In this document: piece by piece, positions 29,214-39,748 of the stretch | How positions within the stretch are numbered: the stretch's first letter is position 1 | Layout: each line of letters starts with the position of its first letter | Notes under the pieces: generated by a model | What the model was told of the DNA's origin: nothing | What the model saw: the letters and a program-made list of their open reading frames with translations, nothing else | Database searches by the model: none | NCBI GenBank assembly: GCA_028699255.1 | Contig: JAQVUX010000003.1 | Location: 82,654-146,653 of the forward strand | DNA: 64,000 nucleotides | DNA from: Candidatus Omnitrophota bacterium | Lineage (GTDB): Bacteria; Omnitrophota; Gorgyraeia; 2-01-FULL-45-10 | Reading direction: 5' to 3' | Position numbers and translations under genes: made by a program

Positions 29214-30341
29214 ATGAGCCTTACAATACGCGTCATCAAAGATTTTGATGAGCTCCTTCCGCTCGGGGAGGGGTGGGATTCCGTCGTTTCTTCCATGGAA
29301 TACCCGATGCCCTTCATTACCCATTCGTATGTGTATCTGGCGCTAAAATATCTTTGCCGGGATAAAAAACTGCACGTAATAACTGCCTGGGACGGCGAAA
29401 AGCTTATAGGCATATTACCATTATACAGGTCATCATACAGGATGGTAAAGGTGTTCAATTTTTCATGTCTGCAGTCCCTTAATGACTGCTCGAATGTTAT
29501 TTGCAGTTTGCGCGACTTAGATAGGGTTCTCACCGCCGTCAAAAAACACCTTGACGATATATCCGCTACGTGGGAGCTTCTTCTCCTGTACAAGTTTCCG
29601 ACGGCTTACAAGACTGTCGAGGCGCTAACCGTTAAACTTGCTGACAGGAATATGTATGCAATTACAAAAACCACCGATGATTCATACTACATAGATATGA
29701 AAGGGAGTTTCGATGAGTATTTCAGAGGATTGAATAAGAAATTCAGGGACAATAGAAGGAATATGAATAATAAAATGTCCCGCGAAGGCAAAGTGGAGTT
29801 CGAGGTAATAACGAAATATGACGCTGTCTCGCTCGATTCTTTCTTTGCTATCGAAGATACCGGGTGGAAAGGAGAAGGGGCCAATTCTATAAAGCTCAGA
29901 AAGCAGGTTGAATATTACAACGAACTTTCTCGGGCATTATCCGAAAAGAAGCACTTATTACTGGCGGTGCTAAAGGTTGGCGGGGAGCCGATAGCGGCTA
30001 TTTACGGGTTTTTGTTCAATGGTATATTCTATTTATCAAAGATAGCGGTGAACTACGCATACCCGGGACATAAGCAGTTTTCGCCCGGCCAGGCCATCCT
30101 ATACCGTTTGATCAAATATTGTTTCGATGAAAAGCTGAAAAGATTTGATTTTTACGGCCCTTTTTATTCATATGAGGCCCATTGGACCCGGAATATAAAC
30201 GAAAAAAAGACGATATTGGTTTTTAACGGAAGAAGAGCCGCAGTAAAGAGTTGCGTTATTCTTAAGAAGAGCAGTGACCTTTTGAAAGCGATATTTTGCA
30301 AAACCGCTGTGGATCAAAAAGTCCCTCATCCCGCCCGGTAA
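29214..30341 (+). CDS. GNAT/FemAB-like acyltransferase (CelD/BioF2-like Acetyltransf_6 domain)
   Basis: 375 aa. The C-terminal half has a GNAT-like fold signature. Confidence 0.5.
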   Translation: MSLTIRVIKDFDELLPLGEGWDSVVSSMEYPMPFITHSYVYLALKYLCRDKKLHVITAWDGEKLIGILPLYRSSYRMVKVFNFSCLQSLNDCSNVICSLRDLDRVLTAVKKHLDDISATWELLLLYKFPTAYKTVEALTVKLADRNMYAITKTTDDSYYIDMKGSFDEYFRGLNKKFRDNRRNMNNKMSREGKVEFEVITKYDAVSLDSFFAIEDTGWKGEGANSIKLRKQVEYYNELSRALSEKKHLLLAVLKVGGEPIAAIYGFLFNGIFYLSKIAVNYAYPGHKQFSPGQAILYRLIKYCFDEKLKRFDFYGPFYSYEAHWTRNINEKKTILVFNGRRAAVKSCVILKKSSDLLKAIFCKTAVDQKVPHPAR

Positions 30342-30413
30342 AGCCCTATTATATTATATTGATTCTTTGTCCTAATCATAATATAATACTGTTCTTGTTA
30401 ATTTTACCGGGAC
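30342..30413 (+). promoter_or_regulatory. Candidate sigma70 promoter with overlapping dyad (TTGATT-17-TATAAT) plus imperfect inverted repeat
   Basis: -35 TTGATT at 30359-30364, 17-bp spacer, -10 TATAAT at 30382-30387. Inverted repeat TATTATATTATATTGATT (30347-30364) / AATCATAATATAATA (30374-30388). Largest AT-rich gap in the cluster. Confidence 0.45.
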
Positions 30414-31250
30414 ATGAGCTCGATGCATATAAATGGCTTAAAAGATACCGAAAAGACCTATAGCCTTTTGTGGTCCAGAACGGCGGATGAGATACCGTAC
30501 AATGGTTATCATTATGCCGCGATGCAGGCGGTTATTAAAGAGCCTATCGTAAGGGGCCGGACAGGCATAGAGGTGGGCTCGGGCAGTGGCTATGATGTAT
30601 GCGCTATGGCCGAAAAGAACCCTTCAGTTAAGTTTATAACCATAGATATTTGCGACGGCATATATGTAACAGCCAAACGGGTTTCGGGGCTAAAAAATGT
30701 TGTTGCTGTAAAAGCTTCGGCATTGGACATTCCCGCGAAGGATGAGAGCTTTGATTTCGCGTATTCATTCGGCGTACTGCATCACACACCGGCTCCAGGT
30801 AAGGGTCTTTCTGAAATATCGCGGGTACTGAAGAGGGGCGGCCCGGCATTCCTCTATCTGTATGAAGATCACTCCGAGAATATTTTTAAATATATTCCGC
30901 TTAAAATAGTAACGTTTGTAAGACGCCTTACCGTTCTCATACCGAAGAGACTGCTTTATGTCCTTGCATGGCTGGCATCGCCTTTTGTCTATATTATCTT
31001 TACCGTTCCGTCGAAGATACTGGCGAAATTCGCTTCTACAAAACATGTGGCGGGCCAGATGCCGTTCAATTTCGGCGCCGGGCCATTTTCGCTACGGGGA
31101 GATATTTATGATAGATTTGCCGCGCCGATAGAATACAGATTTTCCAGGCAGGGTGTTCGGGATATGTTCGCAAAATGTGGATTTAAAGATATAGAGATTA
31201 CCAGGTTGCGTGATACGGCGGGTTGGGTAGTATGGGGGTATAAAGCGTAA
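30414..31250 (+). CDS. Class I SAM-dependent methyltransferase with C-terminal membrane segment
   Basis: 278 aa. IEVGSGSGYD motif I, VLKRGGPAF. Confidence 0.65.
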   Translation: MSSMHINGLKDTEKTYSLLWSRTADEIPYNGYHYAAMQAVIKEPIVRGRTGIEVGSGSGYDVCAMAEKNPSVKFITIDICDGIYVTAKRVSGLKNVVAVKASALDIPAKDESFDFAYSFGVLHHTPAPGKGLSEISRVLKRGGPAFLYLYEDHSENIFKYIPLKIVTFVRRLTVLIPKRLLYVLAWLASPFVYIIFTVPSKILAKFASTKHVAGQMPFNFGAGPFSLRGDIYDRFAAPIEYRFSRQGVRDMFAKCGFKDIEITRLRDTAGWVVWGYKA

Positions 31251-33091
31251 TGCTTAAGAATGAAAATATTATATGTATTTCTTCTATCGATTGGGATTTC
31301 ATCTGGCAGGGCCATCAGGAGATAATGTCGACATTCGCCGCCAATGGCAACCGAATATTGTTCGTCGAAAATACGGGGGTGAGGCCGCCAACCCTGCAGG
31401 ATTTTCCGAGGCTTATGAAACGGGCGCGCAACTGGATCCATAGTGTAAAGGGTATCAGAAAGGAAGGCGACAATCTTTATATCTATTCTCCGATAGTCCT
31501 TCCGTTCCCATATTCCCGCATAGCCCGTTTTATTAATAGGCATCTTATCATCTCCGCCTTAAAACGATGGATAAAATCGGTAAGTTTTTCAAATCCTATA
31601 ATATGGACATTCCTGCCCACGGGGCTCGTCCTCGATATAATCAAAGCCGTGGATTCTAAGGCGGTAGTTTATTATTGTATAGATAATTTTGAAGCCAGTT
31701 CCCCCCAGGCGGGGCGGATACGGCACACGGAAAATAAACTTCTCGAGAGGGCCGACCTTGTATTCGTGACCTCCCAAAATCTTTACGACAAGTGCGTGCT
31801 TTACAGCGATAACGTCAGGATATTCCCGTATGGCGTGAATTTGGAAGTGTATGAAAAATCTCTGAAAAGCAAAAGCGAGACACCTGTGGATATCGCCGCG
31901 ATCCGTCACCCGATAGTAGGCTATGTAGGGGGTGTGCATAAATGGATAGACTTTGAGCTTATAAAGTTCCTATCCAAAACCAACCCTGATAAAGCTTTCG
32001 TTTTTGTGGGGCCATTGCAGAGGAGCATAGCCGAATTTGAAGGTATCGACAATGTTCATTTTTTAGGACAGAAGAGATATGAGGAACTGCCGCTTTATAT
32101 TTCACAATTCGATGCTTGCGTAATCCCATACACGATATCGGAATATACCAGTAACGTGTATCCGACAAAAATAAACGAGTATCTTTTTCTTGGTAAGCCG
32201 GTAATATCTACCGCTATCCCGGAGGTCGAAGCGTTTAACAGCCGCAATGAAGATGCCGTCCTGATAGGCCGGACAAAAGAAGAGTTTTCGGCCCATATAG
32301 ATAGGGCCGTTTCTCGGCGAAGCGCGGAAGATGCCGTAAAAAAGAGAGTCGAGGTTGCGATAAGGGAAGGGTCCTGGAAAGTCAAGATAGAGAAGATGTC
32401 GGAGCTTATCGAAGAGAAGGTAATCGAGAAGGAGCGTCAGCGTCTTATACATTGGAAGGATAATTTTCTATTGTTGTACAAGAAAAGACTGGCTCCCGTT
32501 ATTATTTTTGGCGCCATAGCGTATCTTCTGCTCTTTCATACGCCTTTTATATGGCTTGTCGCAAAACCGCTTAAGCTGTCATCCCCTATAAAAAATGCAA
32601 ATGCGATAATAGTGCTTGCCGGTGGCGTAGGGGAATCCGGCAAAGCGGGCCAGGGATACGAAGAGCGGGTAAAATACGGGGTGGAGCTTTATAAAAAAGG
32701 ATATGCGCCCGAGCTTATATTCTCATCGGGGAATACGTATGTTTTTAAAGAGGCGGAGGTCATGAAGGCGCTAGCATTATCTCTCGGGATCCCGGAGAGA
32801 GCAATAATCATCGAAGAGTGCGCCTCGGGTAGTTATGAAAATATAAAATTCTCAATGGACCTTATCAGGGGGCTGAACCAGAAGAGCGCTATTATTATAA
32901 GCTCGCCGTACCATATGTTGCGTGTTTCTTTGATCTGCAAAAAGGTGGCCCCGGATATAGAATGCATATACGCGCCCATTCCGACCAGTTACTATTATGG
33001 TGACGAGAAACGTGTAGAATTAAAACATATCCGAGGCATCATTTACGAATATGTCGCTATATTATATTATCGCCTGAAAGGTTATGTGTAA
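31250..33091 (+). CDS. Fusion protein: GT4/TuaH-like glycosyltransferase + TM segment + DUF218 (YdcF/ElyC/SanA-like) domain
   Basis: 613 aa. N-terminus IICISSIDWDFIWQGHQEIM typical of a GT1/4 subfamily. C-terminus IIVLAGGVGE...SSGNTY...ECASGSYENI is the DUF218 signature. Confidence 0.6.
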   Translation: MLKNENIICISSIDWDFIWQGHQEIMSTFAANGNRILFVENTGVRPPTLQDFPRLMKRARNWIHSVKGIRKEGDNLYIYSPIVLPFPYSRIARFINRHLIISALKRWIKSVSFSNPIIWTFLPTGLVLDIIKAVDSKAVVYYCIDNFEASSPQAGRIRHTENKLLERADLVFVTSQNLYDKCVLYSDNVRIFPYGVNLEVYEKSLKSKSETPVDIAAIRHPIVGYVGGVHKWIDFELIKFLSKTNPDKAFVFVGPLQRSIAEFEGIDNVHFLGQKRYEELPLYISQFDACVIPYTISEYTSNVYPTKINEYLFLGKPVISTAIPEVEAFNSRNEDAVLIGRTKEEFSAHIDRAVSRRSAEDAVKKRVEVAIREGSWKVKIEKMSELIEEKVIEKERQRLIHWKDNFLLLYKKRLAPVIIFGAIAYLLLFHTPFIWLVAKPLKLSSPIKNANAIIVLAGGVGESGKAGQGYEERVKYGVELYKKGYAPELIFSSGNTYVFKEAEVMKALALSLGIPERAIIIEECASGSYENIKFSMDLIRGLNQKSAIIISSPYHMLRVSLICKKVAPDIECIYAPIPTSYYYGDEKRVELKHIRGIIYEYVAILYYRLKGYV

Positions 33092-34262
33092 TAGCGTGAA
33101 AAAAATAGTCAGAATAATTGCCAGGCTGAATATAGGCGGGCCGGCCATACATACGATATTATTGAACAGCGGTCTTAATAAAGGCGGCTATAAGGACGTG
33201 CTGGTATCCGGCAGGATAAGCGAATCCGAAGGTAACATGATGTATCTTGCCAGGGATAACAACGTCGAGCCTGTTATAATACCGGATCTTGGCAGGGATA
33301 TATCTTTAATAAAGGATATTAAAGCGTTATTCGGGCTCTATTGTCTAATCCGGCGGGAGAAGCCGGACATAGTGCATACGCATACCGCTAAAGCCGGGAC
33401 TCTCGGCCGAATAGCGGCGGTGTTGGCGGGTGTGCCTGTGAGGATACACACCTTCCATGGCCATGTTTTTAACGGTTACTTCAGCCCTGCGAAAGCTATG
33501 ATATTTATCTGGATAGAAAGGGCGCTGAGCGTTTTTACCGACAAAATTATTGTGGTGAGCGAAAGCGTTAAAGGCGAGATATCGAAAAAGTTGAAGATAG
33601 CGGACAGCGGGAAGTGCGTTGTGATACCGCTGGGACTTGAGCTCGACAAATTTCTCGACGGTGCGAATGTAAAAGGCAGGTTCCGTAAAACGTGGGGGGT
33701 GTCTTCGGATACGCTGTTGGTGGGCATAGTCGGCAGGTTGGTGCCCATAAAGAATCATTCTTTTTTTCTGAAGGTGGCTAAGAAGATCAGGGAGACCGCG
33801 CCGGGGCTGAACGTCAGATTTGTTGTAATAGGTGACGGAGAGCTCAAAAAACCTCTTATTGAAATGGCGGGGAAAATGGGGCTTGGCGACATAATATTTA
33901 CCGGCTGGATCAAAGAACTGCCCGAGGTATACGCAGACCTCGATGTAGTGGCCCTGACGTCTTTGAACGAAGGAACCCCGGTTTCTTTGATAGAAGCTAT
34001 GGCTTCCGCGAAAGCCGTTATCTCGACCGACGTCGGAGGGGTCAAGGACATTGTCAGACCCGGCGAGACGGGTATTCTCGCGAACAATAACGATATAGAC
34101 GGATTTTCCGCGTCACTTTTGAAACTTTTGAAGAATGGGCAGGAAAGGGAAGCGATTGGCCTTCGCGGCAGGGAGTTCGTCCGCGTGAAATATTCGAAGG
34201 AGCGGCTTTTGAAAGATATAAAATCCGTATACGAAGAGTGTCTTAGTAAGAATAGAAAATAG
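33084..34262 (+). CDS. GT4 glycosyltransferase
   Basis: 392 aa. EGTPVSLIEAMASAKAVISTDVGG (EX7E motif). Confidence 0.75.
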   Translation: MCNSVKKIVRIIARLNIGGPAIHTILLNSGLNKGGYKDVLVSGRISESEGNMMYLARDNNVEPVIIPDLGRDISLIKDIKALFGLYCLIRREKPDIVHTHTAKAGTLGRIAAVLAGVPVRIHTFHGHVFNGYFSPAKAMIFIWIERALSVFTDKIIVVSESVKGEISKKLKIADSGKCVVIPLGLELDKFLDGANVKGRFRKTWGVSSDTLLVGIVGRLVPIKNHSFFLKVAKKIRETAPGLNVRFVVIGDGELKKPLIEMAGKMGLGDIIFTGWIKELPEVYADLDVVALTSLNEGTPVSLIEAMASAKAVISTDVGGVKDIVRPGETGILANNNDIDGFSASLLKLLKNGQEREAIGLRGREFVRVKYSKERLLKDIKSVYEECLSKNRK

Positions 34263-34279
34263 AAAGAGAGGAATCGCAA

Positions 34280-35260
34280 ATGAAAAATTTAATTACCGGC
34301 GGCGCGGGTTTTATAGGATCACATCTGGCCGAGGAGTTGCTGAATAGGGGGGAAAAGGTCGTTGTTATCGATAATCTGTCGACCGGCAGTATGAAGAACA
34401 TAGCGCATCTTAAATCGAACCCCAATTTTTCATATCACATTGACACGATAATGAATCATAAACTTATGGCACGGCTTGTGAAGGAGTGCGATTTAATATA
34501 TCACCTGGCCGCGGCCGTCGGAGTAAGGTATATAATCGAGAACCAGCTGGAATCCATAAAGACCAATGTCGGGGGTACCGAGATCGTACTCGGCCTGGCA
34601 AGCGCCGCGAAGAAGAAAGTCATTCTGGCGTCGACTTCCGAGATATACGGCAAGGACAGGCCCGGCAAGCGCATATTTAACGAAAACGATGACAGGGTAT
34701 TGGGCCCTACATCAATATCGAGATGGAGCTACTCCTGCACAAAGGCGCTTGACGAATTCCTGGCGCTGGCATATTGGCGGGAGAAAAAACTTCCTGTGGT
34801 TATCGTCAGATTTTTCAATACATGCGGCCCCAGACAGACCGGCAGATACGGCATGGTCGTGCCGCGTTTTATAAAACAGGCCATTGCCGGAGAGCCGATA
34901 ACCATTTACGGCGACGGGAAGCAGACCAGGTGCTTTACAAACGTATCGGACGCGGTTAAGGCGATAATAGCTCTGTCGAGAAAAGGGAAAGCGGTAGGGG
35001 AGGCGTTCAATATCGGCAATCCTAATAACAAGATAACGATAAACGCCCTGGCGAAGAAGGCTAAAGCTATGACGCATTCACGCTCCACGATAAAACACAT
35101 ATCATACGCAAAAGCCTATGACAGCGGGTTCGAGGACATGAGACACAGGGAGCCGGACATTTCAAAGCTTAAATCCGCGACCGGGTTCAGGCCGTCCGTG
35201 GGCATGGACGATATGCTGACCGGCATCATAGAATATATAAAAAAAGAGAATAAAAAATAA
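34280..35260 (+). CDS. NAD-dependent epimerase/dehydratase, UDP-glucuronate decarboxylase (UXS/ArnA-C)-like
   Basis: 326 aa. GGAGFIGSH, YSCTK (YxxxK), RFFNTCGPRQ. Confidence 0.7.
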   Translation: MKNLITGGAGFIGSHLAEELLNRGEKVVVIDNLSTGSMKNIAHLKSNPNFSYHIDTIMNHKLMARLVKECDLIYHLAAAVGVRYIIENQLESIKTNVGGTEIVLGLASAAKKKVILASTSEIYGKDRPGKRIFNENDDRVLGPTSISRWSYSCTKALDEFLALAYWREKKLPVVIVRFFNTCGPRQTGRYGMVVPRFIKQAIAGEPITIYGDGKQTRCFTNVSDAVKAIIALSRKGKAVGEAFNIGNPNNKITINALAKKAKAMTHSRSTIKHISYAKAYDSGFEDMRHREPDISKLKSATGFRPSVGMDDMLTGIIEYIKKENKK

Positions 35261-35269
35261 GGGTATAAA

Positions 35270-36310
35270 ATGAACATCCCACAGATAATAGAGACGTTTT
35301 TTATAGCGATCTTTGTTTCATATCTGATAATGCCTTTTGTCAGGCAATTGGCTATGAGGCTTAATTATCTCGACCACCCGAAGAATAATAAGGTGCACGC
35401 GCATCCCACGCCTCTTCTCGGAGGCCTGGGTATATTCGCGGCGTTTCTTATTGCCATAGTGACAAAGGAGCAGGTTATGGCGTTTGGCACTATCAAGGCC
35501 ATAATGTTCGGATCGTTTATTCTTTTCATCATCGGGCTTATCGACGACAAGATGGGGATGATGCCTAATTTCAAGCTTTTAGGGCAGTTTGTAGCCGCGA
35601 TGATAGCGGTAAAGGCCGGTTTAAGGGTGGAGTTTATCGATAATTATTATCTGAGTGTCATTATAACTTATTTGTGGATAATCGGTATCACCAACGCATT
35701 TAATTTACTTGATAATATGAACGGACTGTCGGCCGGTATCGCGGCGATAGCGGCAATATTTTTTGGAATAATATCGTATATGAACGGCCAACCGCTTGTA
35801 ACCACTATATCCCTGGCGGTTGCAGGCGCGTCTTTAGGATTCTTAAGATATAATTTCCCCAGAGCGAGTATCTTTATGGGTGACTCAGGAAGCCTGGTTT
35901 TAGGATACATCCTGTCGACTATAGCCATTCTCGGAAGCTGGAAGACATACGCGTGGACGACATCGCTTATGGTACCTATTTTAATCCTGGGCTACCCGAT
36001 ATTCGACACGGCGCTTGTTACAATAATGAGGACGCTGGAAGGGCGCTCTATATTTAAAGGCGGTAAAGATCACTCGTCTCATAGACTGGCATTGCTCGGA
36101 TTTAAGCGTTACAGGACGGTATTGGCGGTATATGGCATATGTATTTTACTTGGTCTGGCCGCGGTCGCGGTAACGAGGGTGCGGTGGATCGCCGGGACCG
36201 GTATAGGATTGGCGGCATTTGCGGCCATGCTGGCTTTCGGATTGCGGTTAAGCTTCGTCGATACCAAGCAATTTGGGCGGAAGAAAGGGGCCAATGATTC
36301 GCACGGATAA
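35270..36310 (+). CDS. Polyprenol-phosphate HexNAc-1-phosphate transferase (WecA/TagO/MraY family, initiating GT)
   Basis: 346 aa polytopic. LIDDKMGM and NAFNLLDNMNGL motifs. Confidence 0.8.
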   Translation: MNIPQIIETFFIAIFVSYLIMPFVRQLAMRLNYLDHPKNNKVHAHPTPLLGGLGIFAAFLIAIVTKEQVMAFGTIKAIMFGSFILFIIGLIDDKMGMMPNFKLLGQFVAAMIAVKAGLRVEFIDNYYLSVIITYLWIIGITNAFNLLDNMNGLSAGIAAIAAIFFGIISYMNGQPLVTTISLAVAGASLGFLRYNFPRASIFMGDSGSLVLGYILSTIAILGSWKTYAWTTSLMVPILILGYPIFDTALVTIMRTLEGRSIFKGGKDHSSHRLALLGFKRYRTVLAVYGICILLGLAAVAVTRVRWIAGTGIGLAAFAAMLAFGLRLSFVDTKQFGRKKGANDSHG

Positions 36311-37526
36311 GATAGCGTCGGCATGCGATAAGATCTCGGAATGGTCGCTGTACGTTTGCATATTTGCACTGCCTTTTGCGAAATCGATAATAGAGATCAC
36401 GATAGCAACGGCCCTCATTGGTCTTATAGTTAAGAAGGTGCTGATGAAGGAAAGCCTCGTGTTCAGGTGGTCATACGCCGAATCATTTCTCGCGCTTTTT
36501 CTTATAGTATCCGCGGTCTCATTGATGAATACGCAGTATCCCGCGCTTAGCATCAGGGCGTTGTTTTCGAAATCATTAAAATTTGCCGCGCTATTTCTTA
36601 TAGCGAGAGAAATATTGAATACAAGGCAAAGGGTGCGCAGGTTTGTAATGGTTGCCGCGGCATCCTGCGTCCTCATTCTTGTCGACGGGTTTGTGCAATA
36701 TTTTATTACACACCGCGATTTTTTGCATGGATACGTACCCTTTAAATACAGGAACGAGCCCGGCATTTTTATCATCGGTTTTCCCACCGCGTCCTTTCCA
36801 TTCCCTAATGATTTCGCGGCCTGGATAATAATGTTCATATTTCCCGCCGGCGTATATTGTCTTTGTAAAAAAGAGGACCCTCGCGCCGCCATTATGTCGG
36901 CGTTAATATTTTTTGCCCTGCTATATTCTTTAATTCTTACTAAGGCAAGAGGCGCATGGTTGGGATTTTCGGCGGCGCTTCTCCCGATGATATTTTTTAT
37001 AAGATTAAAAAAGGCGCTGATCTTTCTGGCTATAATCGTATTATTTTCGGTCCTCTTCATTAAGAAAGAGCTTATCCCCGACATATTTGCTACCGTGAGC
37101 GTCAACGACAGGGTAGTGATGTGGACGAATGGAATGGAAATATTGCAAAAACATCCTATCATCGGTAACGGCCTTAATACCTTTTTTGTGGAGTATAAAG
37201 AGACCCGTAAGGATAGCGACCGCGGCAAGCGCGGCAGTTACGCTCATAATTGTTATCTGCAGATGGCCGCCGACATAGGGTTGGTCGGACTGGCGGCGTT
37301 CCTGTTGTTTGCCGGCGCGGTTATCGTCAAAGGTTTCAGGTCGCTTTCCAGGATAAGGGATCCGGCGGCTTATGCCATCGTTCTCGGTGTCAACCTCGGC
37401 CTTATCGCGTTTTTATTGCACAGCGCGGTGGATACAAACCTGTATTCTCTCAATCTGGCGGCGCTATTCTGGCTGGCGGCAGGAGTTATGTTCGCGGCGA
37501 TAAATGTGTACGGGGAGAGAGAATGA
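36294..37526 (+). CDS. O-antigen ligase/polymerase family protein (Wzy_C domain)
   Basis: Start ATG 36294. Polytopic. SYAHNCYLQMAADIGLVGL signature of WaaL/Wzy. Confidence 0.65.
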   Translation: MIRTDKIASACDKISEWSLYVCIFALPFAKSIIEITIATALIGLIVKKVLMKESLVFRWSYAESFLALFLIVSAVSLMNTQYPALSIRALFSKSLKFAALFLIAREILNTRQRVRRFVMVAAASCVLILVDGFVQYFITHRDFLHGYVPFKYRNEPGIFIIGFPTASFPFPNDFAAWIIMFIFPAGVYCLCKKEDPRAAIMSALIFFALLYSLILTKARGAWLGFSAALLPMIFFIRLKKALIFLAIIVLFSVLFIKKELIPDIFATVSVNDRVVMWTNGMEILQKHPIIGNGLNTFFVEYKETRKDSDRGKRGSYAHNCYLQMAADIGLVGLAAFLLFAGAVIVKGFRSLSRIRDPAAYAIVLGVNLGLIAFLLHSAVDTNLYSLNLAALFWLAAGVMFAAINVYGERE

Positions 37527-38605
37527 ACAAGAGGATCCTTATCATAAATCCTTTCGGTATAGGCGATGTAATATTTTCTACTCCGCTTATCGAAGCGCTA
37601 CGCAAAAGCTTCCCGGATAGTTTTATCGCGTATATCTGCAATAAAAGAGCCGCGGAACTTTTGAGGACAGATCCTAATTTAAATAAGGTATTCGTGTATG
37701 AAAGAGACGAACATAGAGATGTGTGGGAACGCTCAAAGGCCGAATACTTCAAGGAAATGTTTTCAGCATTGGCGGAGCTCAGGAAGCAGAGGTTTGACGT
37801 GCTCATAGATCTTTCTCTGGCGTATCAATATAACCTTTTCGCCATGATTGCCGGGATAAAAAAAAGAATCGGATTTAACTATAAAGGCAGGGGAAGATTT
37901 CTTACGGACAGGATCGACATAGACGGTTTCAATGAGAAACACGTCGTTGATTATTACCTCGCGGTATTAAAATTTTTAAGTATCGATGCGGCGAAAAATA
38001 AAACATCCGTTAAAATATACGCTTCTCAGCCATCGCTTGAGGCCGCGGACACGGTTTTAAATAATTTAGATATCAAAAAGGAAGACTTTTTAATAGGCAT
38101 GGTGCCGGGATGCGGGGCGAGCTGGGGGGCGGATGCTTCCCGCAGAAGGTGGGATAAAAATAATTTCGCTCTTTTGGCGAACAGGCTTATAGAAAAATAC
38201 AACGCTAAGATTATTTTATTCGGCGATAAAAAAGAGGTCGATATATGCGACAATATTTTAAACGTATCTAAAAATAAAATTATAAATTACTGCGGCAAAA
38301 CTTCACTGCCGGAATTAGCGGGACTCATGTCCAGATGCCGCCTTGTGATAAGCAATGACGGAGGGCCGCTTCATATGGCGGTAGGGCTGGGGGTAAATAC
38401 TGTATCAATATTCGGGCCTGTGGATGAAAAAATTTACGGCCCATATTCCAGCGTAGGAAAACACATAGTCGTATGCAAAAAAGATCTTACCTGCAGGCCG
38501 TGTTATAAAAAATTCAGGTATAAAAAGTGCGAAGACCGTATTTGCCTGGGCGGGATTTCAATAGACGATGTTTTTAACGCGGCGGAGAAGATATTAAAAA
38601 AATGA
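37523..38605 (+). CDS. GT9 heptosyltransferase-family glycosyltransferase
   Basis: Start ATG 37523 (ATGA overlap). RILIINPFGIGDVIFSTPLIEALR; C-terminal DGGPLHMAV. Confidence 0.7.
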   Translation: MNKRILIINPFGIGDVIFSTPLIEALRKSFPDSFIAYICNKRAAELLRTDPNLNKVFVYERDEHRDVWERSKAEYFKEMFSALAELRKQRFDVLIDLSLAYQYNLFAMIAGIKKRIGFNYKGRGRFLTDRIDIDGFNEKHVVDYYLAVLKFLSIDAAKNKTSVKIYASQPSLEAADTVLNNLDIKKEDFLIGMVPGCGASWGADASRRRWDKNNFALLANRLIEKYNAKIILFGDKKEVDICDNILNVSKNKIINYCGKTSLPELAGLMSRCRLVISNDGGPLHMAVGLGVNTVSIFGPVDEKIYGPYSSVGKHIVVCKKDLTCRPCYKKFRYKKCEDRICLGGISIDDVFNAAEKILKK

Positions 38606-39720
38606 AGTGCGACATCATAATACCCGTCTGGAACCAGCCGGAAACGACCAGGGAATGCATTGAAGCGCTTATCGGAAATACGCGCTATCCTTACCGGCTC
38701 ATATTGATAGACAACGGAAGCGCCGCCGAAACGAGGAATTATCTGGAAGACCTGAAAAAGGCGGGAACTCCGGAGGTTCTGCTTATACGAAACGAGGAAA
38801 ATCTCGGATACGTAAAAGCCGTGAACCAGGGCCTGAAGGCCTCATCCGCGCCGTACGTCTGCCTTATGAACAACGATACCGTGCCCGGAGACGGATGGCT
38901 CGAGAGGTTGGTGGAATTTGCCGAGGCGCACAAAGAGATAGGCCTTATGAACCCTTTGTGCGACGGTCACGCGCATAATGTTAAAAGAACCGTTGATGAA
39001 TACGCCCGCGAAGTGGCGGAAAACGCCGGACGGTACATGGAGATGAACCAGTGCTTCGGGTTTTGTACGATTATTAAGCGGGAAGTTATCGATAAAATAG
39101 GTTACCTGGATGAAGTTTTCGGCGTAGGCGGTTACGACGATACCGATTATTCTATGAGAGCCGGCAAAGCCGGTTATTTTTGCGCCTCAGTTCACTCCGC
39201 TTATGTTTACCATAAACAGCACGTTTCATTTAAGGCGTTAGGGGTTAGAGACAGCGCTACCGCGAAGGGCCGGCAGGAGTATTTAAAAAAATGGCCCCGG
39301 CATCTCAGGGTTGGCGCGGCATTTTTTATCTCCGACGGGACAAAAGATCAATATGTCGAAGATATGCTTTCAGGCGTCCTTGCTATGGCGAGAGATTGGT
39401 GCTGGGTGAACCTGTGGATATACGGCGATGAAGCGCGAAATAAGCAGAGAGTGGATTCTGCCGTCCGCAGGATAGATATGCCGCTCCACCAGAATATAAA
39501 GTTTAATTTTATGCCGGACAGGTTTTCAGCCGCGCAGACACTCGTAAGGCTTATCGAGCGCTCATTCGGGACCAAGAGGCGGAAAAAATACGACGCTGTA
39601 TTTGTAAATAATGACGGCATAGGGCGTCTTTTAAAAACTTTCTATCGGATACATACGGCTAAAATAATTCCGGTTAAGCCGGGGATGGCGTATAAGGACG
39701 AAATCGCTTTACTTCGCTGA
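38602..39720 (+). CDS. GT2 glycosyltransferase with ~130-aa C-terminal extension (paralogue 1 of 4)
   Basis: 372 aa. CDIIIPVWNQ...IDNGS...LMNNDT motifs. Confidence 0.7.
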   Translation: MKCDIIIPVWNQPETTRECIEALIGNTRYPYRLILIDNGSAAETRNYLEDLKKAGTPEVLLIRNEENLGYVKAVNQGLKASSAPYVCLMNNDTVPGDGWLERLVEFAEAHKEIGLMNPLCDGHAHNVKRTVDEYAREVAENAGRYMEMNQCFGFCTIIKREVIDKIGYLDEVFGVGGYDDTDYSMRAGKAGYFCASVHSAYVYHKQHVSFKALGVRDSATAKGRQEYLKKWPRHLRVGAAFFISDGTKDQYVEDMLSGVLAMARDWCWVNLWIYGDEARNKQRVDSAVRRIDMPLHQNIKFNFMPDRFSAAQTLVRLIERSFGTKRRKKYDAVFVNNDGIGRLLKTFYRIHTAKIIPVKPGMAYKDEIALLR

Positions 39721-39748
39721 TTCGGGAATTAACAGGAGGGCATTTATA

